A stretch of 42,898 nucleotides of DNA from Candidatus Mcinerneyibacteriota bacterium (lineage in GTDB: Bacteria; AUK180; JAQVHJ01): assembly GCA_030630935.1 (NCBI GenBank), contig DAOVMD010000001.1:1-42898 (forward strand). The letters are read 5' to 3'. Below are positions 7,415 through 16,799 of the stretch, in pieces; position 1 is the first letter of the stretch, and the number at the start of each line of letters is the position of its first letter. The notes beneath the pieces are model-generated. The model saw only the letters and a program-made list of their open reading frames with translations. It was not told the DNA's origin and ran no database searches. Made by a program: the position numbers and the translations under genes.

Positions 7415-8605
7415 ATGATAAATCTAACTGCTGGAGCCAATTTTTCTTTTGATAATATGAAAAGATGCTCAAAATGCATCCTTCCAGAAACATACCCAAA
7501 GATTACTTTCAATGAAAATGGGGTTTGCAACTATTGCATCAATCATACTCCAATAACTTCAAAAGGTGAGGAAGCTCTGCTTAAGGTTCTGGATAAATAT
7601 CGGAAAAATGATGGTTCATATGAATGTATTGTTCCCATTAGTGGAGGAAGAGACAGTTCCTTTGTTCTTTATTATTTGGTAAAAAAAATTAAGATAAAGG
7701 TCTTAGCTTTAACTGTTGATCATGGGTTTTTGCTCCCTTTAGCATTTAAAAATATCGAAAACATTACTAAATCTCTCAACCTTGATCATCAATTTATTAA
7801 AATACCAGAAAAAAAAATTCTTACTTCAAAAAATAATACAAAAATAAAATTTCGGGGGTGGGTAAAGAAGCCATCTATTAACACAATTATTCCTGTAATA
7901 AATGCTGGTGACAAAACCATGAATCACCTTATGGCTAAGTTTGCTTATAAGCGCGATATCCATGTAATTTTCGGTGGAAACATTGTTGGAACAACTGAAT
8001 TTGAGCATGATTATTTTAAGTTAGGATACATGGGTATTTTTCCGAATTATAAATGGAAATTTTCTTTTACCGAGAAATTAAATATTAACTTACATTATTT
8101 TTTGGAATTTATTAAAAATCCTTATAATTTTCACTATTCAATTTTTATAGAATATTTTTTAGGTGCATTAGTCTTTTTTTATGAAGATTTAATAAAACCT
8201 CCGAGTGTAGATTTTATTGGATTTTGGGATTATATCTATTGGAATGAAAAGAATATTATAAATACCATCACAGAAGAACTTAATTGGCAAAAAGCTTCCG
8301 ATACAACAACAACCTGGAGAATTGACGATGCTGCATATCCATTAATTAATTATTTATATTTAACTATTGTTGGATTTACTGAACACGATGAATTGTATAG
8401 TAAAATGATTCGGGAGGGGCAAATCGATAGAGAAACGGCACTGAAAAAGTGTTTATGTGACCATAAGCCTCGTCTTGATATAATAGAAGACAATTTAAAA
8501 TTTTTTAACATTAACAAAAAAGATTTAGATCATTCTTTAGAAATATACCGGAATAAATTTCTTCAAGAATTATTAAAAAACAATTCAAAGAATATATCTA
8601 AATGA
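7415..8605 (+). CDS. N-acetyl sugar amidotransferase (PP-loop ATP pyrophosphatase; WbuX/LfnA/PseA-like)
   Basis: 396 aa. N-terminal Cys4 ribbon CSKCILPETYP...NGVCNYC followed by the PP-loop SGGRDSS. This arrangement is characteristic of the LPS/nonulosonate acetamidino-forming amidotransferase family. Confidence 0.8.
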   Translation: MINLTAGANFSFDNMKRCSKCILPETYPKITFNENGVCNYCINHTPITSKGEEALLKVLDKYRKNDGSYECIVPISGGRDSSFVLYYLVKKIKIKVLALTVDHGFLLPLAFKNIENITKSLNLDHQFIKIPEKKILTSKNNTKIKFRGWVKKPSINTIIPVINAGDKTMNHLMAKFAYKRDIHVIFGGNIVGTTEFEHDYFKLGYMGIFPNYKWKFSFTEKLNINLHYFLEFIKNPYNFHYSIFIEYFLGALVFFYEDLIKPPSVDFIGFWDYIYWNEKNIINTITEELNWQKASDTTTTWRIDDAAYPLINYLYLTIVGFTEHDELYSKMIREGQIDRETALKKCLCDHKPRLDIIEDNLKFFNINKKDLDHSLEIYRNKFLQELLKNNSKNISK

Positions 8606-9717
8606 AAAAAACAATAAAAATAAGAATATTTAAAATAAGCCTTATTATTATTTTTGTATTATTATTTCTTATTTGTTCAGAATTCATACTTAGAAAATTT
8701 TCTCCTTTACCTATATTTTCTCCTTATCTTGATTATCCTCCATATAAAATAATCTCATTTAAATCAAACTTAAATGGCATTACATCACCAACAACATTTT
8801 CCACGAATAAGTGGGGATTTCGTGGAATAGATCCCCCAAAAGATTGGGATAATTATCATACAATTATAACCATTGGGGGAAGCACAACGCAATGTTTATT
8901 TCTCGATGATTCAAAAGCATGGCCCTTTATTCTTGAAAAAGAATTAACTGAAAAGAAAAATTCAAAGTTTTGGGTTGGAAACGCTGGCATTGATGGTCAC
9001 TCATCAACAGGACATTTATTTGTAATGAAAGAAGTAATTTTAAAAATTAAGCCCAAAACCGTGATTATGCTTGTGGGAACAAATGATCTTGCATGTTCTT
9101 TGACTGGTGAGATTTATAAACCGGAAAAGATCTTTTTAAAAAAACTAAATAAAAAAGGAATCTGTTACTTTCTTTTTTCCAATTTAAAAATATTACAAAT
9201 TTTAAATCTTTGGAAAGAAATTGTTTTTAATCGCAATGTGGTTATTAGTAAAGAAGTTGATTGGAATTTTATTCCTAAAAAACTTGAAACAGAAACCCTC
9301 CTACCTGAAGATTTAAGAAAGATTTTACCTTCTTTAAAAACTTTTCGATTAAATATAGAAGATATTATCCAATTATCTAAAGAAAATAACATTCGCATTA
9401 TTTTCCTTACTCAGCCCTCTGTTTATTCTGACAATAAGTTTTGGTTAAATAAAGAAACCCCTATTTTTTGGATTCCAAAACAAAAATACCATATTTCAGG
9501 AAATACAAAATTTAAACTATTAACTATTTTTAATAATGAATTAATTAAAATATGCAAAGAAAACAATGTTGAGCATTTTGATTTAGCATCAAATATTCCT
9601 CACAATTTTGAATATTTTTATGATGATGTTCATTTCAATGATAAAGGATCAATTTTAGTTGGAAAAGAAGTTGCAAATTATATGATTAAAACAATGGAGA
9701 AAACAGATACAAAATAA
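8602..9717 (+). CDS. Membrane-anchored SGNH/GDSL-family hydrolase-like protein
   Basis: N-terminal TM helix (IFKISLIIIFVLLFLICSEFIL). Blocks are ITIGGSTTQ (I), GNAGIDGHSS (II), LVGTNDL (III) and DDVHFNDKG (V). It overlaps the upstream gene by 4 nt (ATGA). Confidence 0.75.
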   Translation: MKKTIKIRIFKISLIIIFVLLFLICSEFILRKFSPLPIFSPYLDYPPYKIISFKSNLNGITSPTTFSTNKWGFRGIDPPKDWDNYHTIITIGGSTTQCLFLDDSKAWPFILEKELTEKKNSKFWVGNAGIDGHSSTGHLFVMKEVILKIKPKTVIMLVGTNDLACSLTGEIYKPEKIFLKKLNKKGICYFLFSNLKILQILNLWKEIVFNRNVVISKEVDWNFIPKKLETETLLPEDLRKILPSLKTFRLNIEDIIQLSKENNIRIIFLTQPSVYSDNKFWLNKETPIFWIPKQKYHISGNTKFKLLTIFNNELIKICKENNVEHFDLASNIPHNFEYFYDDVHFNDKGSILVGKEVANYMIKTMEKTDTK

Positions 9718-9734
9718 TTCCTTTAATATTGCTA

Positions 9735-9762
9735 TTGACTTTTTTTACAAATATGCTATAAT
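9735..9762 (+). promoter_or_regulatory. Sigma70-type promoter candidate with extended -10
   Basis: TTGACT (9735-9740), 16-nt spacer ending in TGC, TATAAT (9757-9762). It lies upstream of the 9800/9824 start. Confidence 0.5.
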
Positions 9763-9799
9763 GTTTATATGCATAGAAATATATTTTTTTTAATTTTTT

Positions 9800-11767
9800 T
9801 TGGTAAATCGGAAAATTAAACTTATGTTATTAATTTTTTTTATATTCTTCTTCGCAATCGTTTTCCCAGGATATATATTTTATCTTAAGATAAAGCAACA
9901 TCTTAATTTCGAAGAAAGTTACTCTACTGTTTTATTCTTTTCTATTAATCTTGGTTTATTTATAAACGTAATATTATTTCTTATCTTATCAGTTACTAAA
10001 ATAAAGCTAAATGTTTTATATTTTTTATATCCTATTTTATTTATCTCTTTACTTGGATTTCATCTGAAAAAGATTAAGGCTCATATAGAAAATTTAAAGA
10101 TTAAAAAAGAAGAATGGTTTCTTCTTTTAATTCTTTTATTATCTTTCATTATCTTATTATTTAAAAAAGGTGAAATACCTATAGATATAAATTATCTTGT
10201 CCCTGTTTCAAGAAGCTTGGACGAAGGCTATCTTGTAAATAAACAGTTTGTCTTTACATCTGAAATTTTCGATCCAAGGTTTTCATTCAATCCTTATTGT
10301 TATATAATACTATTAATTAAATTATTTTCAAATTACTCCTTAATTTATATCTGGAGAAACATACCTTTTATTTGGGTTTTTTGTTCTTTAATTTCTTTAT
10401 ATTCTTTTTCAAATATTTACTTTAACAACCAAAAAGTTGGATTATATGTAATTTTAATTTTTTTTCTGCATTTCGGTGGCGTTTTTTTTAATATGATTGG
10501 TTTCACAACTTTTAGTAAACCTCTGCCTGTTCATTTATATGTTTATATTCCATTTCTATGGCTTATTGTCATGAAGTTTTTCAAAAATAATAATTTTATT
10601 TTATATCTTGTTTTATTCACCGCTTTTACTAATCTAATTTCATATAATCCGTTTTATTTAATTCTTGCCCTTTTTTCATTATTCCCTCTTTTTGTATATG
10701 AAACGATATATCGTCCCCAAGACACAATAAAAAAGACACACAAAATTTTATTTATATTTTTATTATGTTTTCCATTCTTAATTTTTAAGCTCATTATTTT
10801 TTCCAGTTCAAATCCAGGATTTTATGATCTGGTTTTTGTAAACACTTCATATTCTTTTAGAAATGTAATTATTTTCTTAAGTAAAAACGCATATATATTA
10901 AATCCCTATTATTTATTTAGAGTTGATTATAGTTTAAATTCGTATAGTTATTTTGCTTATCCAATTTCATCTATTATTGCTCTTTTTATAACACCATTTT
11001 TTTTCTTTTCAAAAGAATGGAAAAAGATTGAAATACGTCTATTGTTATTATGTATATTTTTTATCATCTTTATCGCTGAGAATCCCATTTTGTTTCCACT
11101 TCTTTCGAAATTTATTTCCCTAATTTATGCCCAGGCAATTGGAATTATAATACCCCATTTTATAATCACAGGATATGCTTGTTACTTAATCTTTAATTAT
11201 ATAGGTAAAAAATTTAAAAAATCAAAGAATATTATTCTATTATTATCCCTGCTAGTAATATTCCTTTGGTCTTTTAATCACATAAAAAATAATTATCATG
11301 TTCTAAAAAATGATTTTGTCAATAGAGAAAAATTATATGAACTACCTGAACCAATAAATTATATTAAATCAATGGGAATAGAAAATAAAATGTTTTTTTC
11401 AGATCCAACGTTAAATGATTTTATCTGCAGCTTCTCTAATAATTTTGTTTTTTATGTATATTCAACTGACAGCAATCCAAACGATCCTTTCTCAGTAGAA
11501 AGAGAGAATAAATTTAATGCAATCATAAAAGAGAATAATATTGATATAATCAAAAGTTTCTTTTTTATCAACAATATAGACTTCCTAGTAATTACGAAAA
11601 ATTATCCATCAAAAGAAAAATTAAACTTGATAAATTTAGAACAAATTTATTTTTGCAAAAAAGAATATAATATGTTTCCTCTTTATTTAAAGATAAAAGA
11701 AAATGATCTCTTTCCAATAGAATGGGAAGATGAAAATTATATTATGTTTAAAATATCTCAGAATTAA
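9800..11767 (+). CDS. Large polytopic membrane protein with a C-terminal extracytoplasmic domain (GT-C-like architecture, function unknown)
   Basis: 655 aa with more than 12 predicted hydrophobic segments. The C-terminal soluble part (...IDFLVITKNYPSKEK...ENYIMFKISQN) aligns by eye with the C-terminus of the 18416-20428 protein (...IDYLVLEKENSY...DGYLVFKIIY). The track start is TTG at 9800; ATG at 9824 is an alternative. Confidence 0.65.
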   Translation: MVNRKIKLMLLIFFIFFFAIVFPGYIFYLKIKQHLNFEESYSTVLFFSINLGLFINVILFLILSVTKIKLNVLYFLYPILFISLLGFHLKKIKAHIENLKIKKEEWFLLLILLLSFIILLFKKGEIPIDINYLVPVSRSLDEGYLVNKQFVFTSEIFDPRFSFNPYCYIILLIKLFSNYSLIYIWRNIPFIWVFCSLISLYSFSNIYFNNQKVGLYVILIFFLHFGGVFFNMIGFTTFSKPLPVHLYVYIPFLWLIVMKFFKNNNFILYLVLFTAFTNLISYNPFYLILALFSLFPLFVYETIYRPQDTIKKTHKILFIFLLCFPFLIFKLIIFSSSNPGFYDLVFVNTSYSFRNVIIFLSKNAYILNPYYLFRVDYSLNSYSYFAYPISSIIALFITPFFFFSKEWKKIEIRLLLLCIFFIIFIAENPILFPLLSKFISLIYAQAIGIIIPHFIITGYACYLIFNYIGKKFKKSKNIILLLSLLVIFLWSFNHIKNNYHVLKNDFVNREKLYELPEPINYIKSMGIENKMFFSDPTLNDFICSFSNNFVFYVYSTDSNPNDPFSVERENKFNAIIKENNIDIIKSFFFINNIDFLVITKNYPSKEKLNLINLEQIYFCKKEYNMFPLYLKIKENDLFPIEWEDENYIMFKISQN

Positions 11768-11860
11768 ATTATTCATATTTGTTTTAACGTTTCCAGAAAT
11801 TTTTACAATAGAAAAGTTATAATATTCTAAAGATATAAGCTCCTTATAAATTATTCTTCG

Positions 11861-12130
11861 TCAAAATAACCTCTCTATGTACTTTCTGTTTAATTTTTTT
11901 ATAACTTCCAAACTAAAGTAATTAAAAGTTTTGGGGTGTAACCCATGTCCGTGCATTTGCAAGTCAATGATATTCTTTTCTGTTATTACTAAGTCAAAAT
12001 GTTCCTTTTTTCTATAGGATAATGTTAATATTTTGATGTTTATGATTTAAGATTGACCCAGAACCACTCAATACAGTCGAGTATCTGGACGCAGGAATTG
12101 GGGTTATTGGCAATATTAAAGGAGACTATT
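11861..12130 (-). pseudogene. Remnant of a fourth SGNH hydrolase gene; the C-terminal fragment is intact in frame and upstream parts are degraded
   Basis: Minus-strand frame ending at TGA (11863-11861) reads ...LSYRKKEHFDLVITEKNIIDLQMHGHGLHPKTFNYFSLEVIKKLNRKYIERLF*. It shares EHFDL plus the block V H-x-x-x-x-G/helix pattern with the C-terminus of the 8602-9717 SGNH protein (NNVEHFDLASN...DDVHFNDKGSILVGKEVANYM). There is no start codon and an upstream stop lies at 12049-12047. A weak block II-like stretch (FNIANNPNSCVQIL) appears on the minus strand near 12060-12120. Confidence 0.4.
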
Positions 12131-12314
12131 TTTTTCTATCGTTTGTTTCTTCGTGTATTTGTTGTATTGATATTCATTTTTTATATTTATTTTTATCTTT
12201 ATTAATGCTATTGCTGACCTCTAACTACAGAGGTAAATTATACCATTTTAAAGAATTATTCAGCAACCCAAAAGTTAACATTTTGATATTTTAACATCAA
12301 GTAATATTTTTTTC

Positions 12315-12342
12315 TTGACAAACCACCTAAATATGATATAAT
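12315..12342 (+). promoter_or_regulatory. Near-perfect sigma70 promoter with extended -10 for the 12365-20428 operon
   Basis: TTGACA (12315-12320), 16-nt spacer ending in TGA, TATAAT (12337-12342). AAGGA (12354-12358) and the ATG at 12365 follow. Confidence 0.6.
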
Positions 12343-12364
12343 ATTTATTCAATAAGGATTACTT

Positions 12365-15300
12365 ATGAATAATTTTATATATAATTTAAATCATATAAAA
12401 CGATTTTCTCTTTACTTCCTGGTGTTTATGCTTCCTTTAATCTTTTCACCTGTGAATTTCTTAGTATTTGAGATTCCCAAGATCCTGTTTATCTCATTTA
12501 TGGCATTGGTCTTTGCTATAATCTCCTTTATTGAACTCTGGTCTAAAACCGAGACTGAACAATCAAAACTCCTTAATCATTATATTTTAATATTTATCAT
12601 CATATCCTTAATATTAGTTGGATATGGTCTCGTGTTTAATAACTCTGGAAACATTCGTTTCTTAGAATTAACTACCCCTGTTCTTTTTCTCTTTGTGATA
12701 TTTACATCCATCACAGACTCTGTCAGATTTACAATGCTAAAAGTAGGGTTATTCTCTCTATTGATTGTCTCTATCTACGGTATACTACAAAGCCAAGGAA
12801 TTGATCTTGATATCTGGGCAGGAAATATTGGGAAGAAAACTGTATTCTCAACCATTGGAAATCCAAACACTGCTGCAGAGTTCTCCTTCCTGCTCTTTCC
12901 GGTTATTGCTTATTTCTTCCTATCCTCAACTCGAAAGGGAGTAAAGTTCTGGTACGCTTTACTGGGAATCGTTTCTTTACTTTTCAGTTTCATCTGCCAA
13001 TCCAAAGGAGCTATACTTTCTTTTATCATTGCTTCATTTATTATTGTTTTTTTTATGATAAAGTCTAAAAAAAAGAAAATAGCCGTTTCTCTTGTTATTA
13101 CCGGTTTAATTACCATTGGCATATTCTTTTCAAGTTTTATCTTTTTAAGGGATACAAGTGCAGGGAATTTTATCTCTCAATATTTTCCAAACAAACTTCC
13201 GTTTCAAAACCGAATTGCGGTGTTTACTAATACTCTAAAAACCATCCGGAATAATTCAATACTGGGCGTTGGACCTGGAAATTTCCAGTATTACTATACA
13301 TCTGAATTTTTAAACAACGAGTACATTGTAAATAAGCCCCTGGATCCACATGCGGTTCTGGTTAAAAGAGCCCATAATGAATTCTTGCATATCTCTACCG
13401 AATTTGGAATATTGGGATTGGGATTCTTGGTTCTATTCTGGATATTGACATTCAAAGGAGGACTCATACTTTGTAGAAAAAACATTTGGTATTATTTTGT
13501 TCTTTGGGCAGTTGTTTTTATTTTCCTCGAAAGTTTTATTAATTTCCCCCTACAAAATCCAACTGTCCTAATTTACTTTATTTTGATTCTTTCTTTTATT
13601 TTCAAAAAGTTTAATTTCCCCAAAAAATTACCACACAAATATACTCCTATATTAATTTCTATTTCTGGAATTATTCTTCTGGGAATATGTATTTTATCTA
13701 TAAAAACATTCATTTCTGATACTTATCTTCTTAAATCCAATCAGCTTATCTCTAACGGAGATCTGGTCCGAGCAAGAGTGTATTTAAAGAAATCAATAAA
13801 AGCAGACCCAAAGAATTTCATTGCCAGAACTAACCTTGGTGTGGTGGAATACAACCTGAAAAACTATTCAGAAGCTGAAAAAATCCTGCTTAAAAGTAAA
13901 AGGGGAATTATTGATTTCAACCTTTTCTTTAATTTGGGAATGCTTTATCAAAATACCGGTGATTTAAATAACGCTTCTGTAAATTTACAAAAAGCTTTAT
14001 CTTTGAATCCATATCATGAAGACCTGAAATTCAAGTTAATTAATATATATTTATTCAGATTTCAACTTAAAAGAGCCTTTGAAATAATTACAAGATTCAA
14101 GCTCTCTCCTCATACCTCAGAACAATTCATGACATTTGGTTTTTTACATAAACTAAACGGAAACTTTTGGCAAGCACAATGTGATTTTAAGCAAGCCTTT
14201 AATGATTCAAGATTTCAAATAATAATTTTAAAAAATGCACCCATACCAAGAGATTTTTACCAAGATTATTCTTTATTCAATAAAACTTCCAACCCTCTCT
14301 TAGAAATTGGTATATTATATTACTTACAACAACCAAAAAAACAAATCCTGTTTAAAATTGACCAATATTTAAAGGTTATTGACCAGGAAGAAGTTAAAAA
14401 TTATATATTGGGTATTAAAGCGGAACTAAATAATGATTTTATCTCCGCAGTTAAATATTACAAAAAAAACCGCGGTAAAAACCTTAACCTTGATTTAGCT
14501 AGAGTTTATTTAAAACAAGGAAACCTTGATAATTTCCTTATTTCTATCAAAGATGTATTTAATCAATTTCAACTTCATGATAATGTAGATGAATATTCTC
14601 TACCGTTCTTCAATGAAGATATTAATGTTTTAGAATTATACCGAAAGTTCTTTAGTGGTTCAAGTTTAAAAGATCTTATTAAATCGTATAAAATCTGTTC
14701 TCTTTCTTCTTCTTCATCGTCCTTATTTCTTTATTTTCCAGTTTATTTTAATTTCATAAACGATCAATTCGATGAACTTTATCGTGAATTGAAAAGAGAT
14801 GAATTATTATACAAACATTCATTACATCAAGTAAATGAAAATTATTTAGCAATTTTACCAATTTTTGCTCCCGCTTATCTTAAATTTGAAGAGCTTCCAA
14901 AAGAAAACCACCTATTTTTTGAGTTTTTTCTGTTTACAGAGTTAGAAAATAATTTGATTTTAAATGATGAGGGCTTAATTCCCGTATTCCGAAATTATTT
15001 ATCTTCAAAATATGACATTTCAATCAACAATATCCCATTAAAAATTAAAGATCTAGAAATTTATTTAATTAAATTGTCATGTTTGGATATTGATGAACAT
15101 AAAATTGATTTAGCTTTTTTCTACTTATTAAAAGGAAAACATTCCAAGTGTATACAAATTCTTGAAACGTTAAAGAAAAAAGACTCTAAAAGATATCAGT
15201 TATTAAAAATTTTAACACATTTTCATTTAACAAACGATGAAATAGATGTTGAACTCTTTTACTCTTCAGATGAAATGAAAGAGTTTGGTAATCAAAATGA

Positions 15301-15415
15301 TTTCCCTTTAAATATCTATGAAATTTATGCAAAAATTCTTACAACTCCATATTTACAATTAAAAAATAAGGATAAAACCTTTGAAGCCAACTTTAACAAA
15401 TATTCTCAAATGTAA
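12365..15415 (+). CDS. Wzy_C-domain (O-antigen ligase/polymerase or O-oligosaccharyltransferase-like) membrane protein fused to TPR repeats and a long uncharacterised C-terminal region
   Basis: 1016 aa. The N-terminal polytopic region of about 440 aa carries the Wzy_C signature RAHNEFLHISTEFGILGLGFLVLF. TPR-like repeats lie around residues 460-620 (e.g. GMLYQNTGDLNNASVNLQKALSLNPYHED). The remaining 400 aa or so match nothing I recognise. Confidence 0.75.
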   Translation: MNNFIYNLNHIKRFSLYFLVFMLPLIFSPVNFLVFEIPKILFISFMALVFAIISFIELWSKTETEQSKLLNHYILIFIIISLILVGYGLVFNNSGNIRFLELTTPVLFLFVIFTSITDSVRFTMLKVGLFSLLIVSIYGILQSQGIDLDIWAGNIGKKTVFSTIGNPNTAAEFSFLLFPVIAYFFLSSTRKGVKFWYALLGIVSLLFSFICQSKGAILSFIIASFIIVFFMIKSKKKKIAVSLVITGLITIGIFFSSFIFLRDTSAGNFISQYFPNKLPFQNRIAVFTNTLKTIRNNSILGVGPGNFQYYYTSEFLNNEYIVNKPLDPHAVLVKRAHNEFLHISTEFGILGLGFLVLFWILTFKGGLILCRKNIWYYFVLWAVVFIFLESFINFPLQNPTVLIYFILILSFIFKKFNFPKKLPHKYTPILISISGIILLGICILSIKTFISDTYLLKSNQLISNGDLVRARVYLKKSIKADPKNFIARTNLGVVEYNLKNYSEAEKILLKSKRGIIDFNLFFNLGMLYQNTGDLNNASVNLQKALSLNPYHEDLKFKLINIYLFRFQLKRAFEIITRFKLSPHTSEQFMTFGFLHKLNGNFWQAQCDFKQAFNDSRFQIIILKNAPIPRDFYQDYSLFNKTSNPLLEIGILYYLQQPKKQILFKIDQYLKVIDQEEVKNYILGIKAELNNDFISAVKYYKKNRGKNLNLDLARVYLKQGNLDNFLISIKDVFNQFQLHDNVDEYSLPFFNEDINVLELYRKFFSGSSLKDLIKSYKICSLSSSSSSLFLYFPVYFNFINDQFDELYRELKRDELLYKHSLHQVNENYLAILPIFAPAYLKFEELPKENHLFFEFFLFTELENNLILNDEGLIPVFRNYLSSKYDISINNIPLKIKDLEIYLIKLSCLDIDEHKIDLAFFYLLKGKHSKCIQILETLKKKDSKRYQLLKILTHFHLTNDEIDVELFYSSDEMKEFGNQNDFPLNIYEIYAKILTTPYLQLKNKDKTFEANFNKYSQM

Positions 15416-16799
15416 TACATGCGGATCATATAAGCTTTCAGAAGAAAAACGTTTTCTAATTTGTAATAATTGTGGGAATAAATACAAGATTATAAATGAA
15501 AATACAATTAAATCCATTAAAGATGAATCAAAAAAGTATTACTTTGATGATATTGATATTTCTGATTTCTCCCAAGAACATAACACTCCCTTCTTCCTAT
15601 TCTCTGAGAAAATAATAAATAAAAACTACACCAAGTTAAAAACAATTCTCTCCGAATTAAAAATTGATCATCAAATTTATTATTCTTTGAAAACAAATTT
15701 TAATAACTTTCTTCTTGAAATAATTAATAAGAAGTTTAATTATGCTTCAGCAGCCTCAATTCTTGAGTTATCAGCTGCAATGAAAGCAGGATTCAAAGGT
15801 TCAGACATAAGCTATGACGGACCTGTTATGCGAAGATACGAGGTTGAATATGCAATTGAAAACGGTGTTAAATTATTTAATATTGACTCAATTGAATCTG
15901 CTGTTATTTTAAATGAAACTGCTGTTAAATTGAATAAAAAACTTAAAATTTCGCTAAGGTTAAATTTTAACTTCGGCAGCAAATTTTTCAGACTAATTCA
16001 TGTTTTTAATGAGCGGTTTGGTTTTTCTTATATTTATTTTAATTATTTTATGAAGAAATTTAAAACTTTTAAAAATTTGAATATAATAGGACTAGGGTTT
16101 CATTTAGGGTCTCAGATATCAAATGTTGAAATTTATTTGAAGGCTTTTAAAAAGTTAATTAAATTAATATATGAAATTGATAAAAAGTACCGAATAAGTA
16201 TTTCTCATATAAATATCGGTGGCGGATTTCCAGCATTAAATATTAAAAAGAATACTTTTTTTAAACTTGGTTTAAGATATTTAAAAATCTCTAATAAATC
16301 AAATAATAATAGAAACATGCTTATCCGGAAGTTATTAAACGGTATATCTATAATCCTTAAAAAGAAAAACCTTCCCATTAAAATCTTTCTTCAGCCTGGA
16401 AGAAGTATTGTTGGAGATGCAGGAATCCTGATAACAAAAATTTATTCGATAAAAAAAGAGTGGGTTTTTCTCGATGCAAGCAATAATTTTCTTCCCGAAA
16501 CTTTCTTAACTGTTAACCGGGATATAATTAATATCTCAAAACTTGGGGCAAGAAAAGATTTCAAATATTCCTTTGCAGGAAGAACACTCTGTGCAGATAT
16601 TTTTAATATAAACGTAAACCATCCCCGTGCAGATATTGGTGATATAATAGTTATAAACTCATCGGGTGCTTACAGTTTATCAAGAGCAAATAATTTTACA
16701 ACACTAACTCCACCAATCTGGTTAATTACAGAAAGTGGTCAAATAAACTGTGTCTCATCCGGAGAAGAGGTAGAAGATGTCATCAGGCGATTTAAATGA
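15381..16799 (+). CDS. PLP-dependent decarboxylase of the Orn/Lys/Arg/DAP (fold-type III, group IV) family with an N-terminal Trm112-like zinc ribbon
   Basis: 472 aa. Ribbon CNTCGSYKL...LICNNCGNKYKI, then TPFFLFSEKII, PLP-lysine motif YYSLKTNFN, and the motifs FHLGSQ, NIGGGFP, QPGRSIVG, GRTLCADIF and SSGAYS. The track start is TTG, overlapping the upstream gene by 35 nt. Confidence 0.8.
   Translation: MKPTLTNILKCNTCGSYKLSEEKRFLICNNCGNKYKIINENTIKSIKDESKKYYFDDIDISDFSQEHNTPFFLFSEKIINKNYTKLKTILSELKIDHQIYYSLKTNFNNFLLEIINKKFNYASAASILELSAAMKAGFKGSDISYDGPVMRRYEVEYAIENGVKLFNIDSIESAVILNETAVKLNKKLKISLRLNFNFGSKFFRLIHVFNERFGFSYIYFNYFMKKFKTFKNLNIIGLGFHLGSQISNVEIYLKAFKKLIKLIYEIDKKYRISISHINIGGGFPALNIKKNTFFKLGLRYLKISNKSNNNRNMLIRKLLNGISIILKKKNLPIKIFLQPGRSIVGDAGILITKIYSIKKEWVFLDASNNFLPETFLTVNRDIINISKLGARKDFKYSFAGRTLCADIFNINVNHPRADIGDIIVINSSGAYSLSRANNFTTLTPPIWLITESGQINCVSSGEEVEDVIRRFK

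Noticed and set aside
5200-9398. Short ORFs 5200-5403 (+), 6894-7088 (+), 7826-8008 (-) and 9165-9398 (-)
   Set aside because: Each is nested antisense within a longer ORF that has recognisable domain motifs (SGNH, GT-C, PP-loop amidotransferase, SGNH).
12052-12294. Plus-strand open frame of about 80 codons (FKIDPEPLNTVEYLDAGIGVIGNIKGDYFF...)
   Set aside because: There is no start codon until late in the frame, no Shine-Dalgarno sequence and no recognisable family. It lies antisense to the decayed SGNH remnant, so it is probably a shadow frame.
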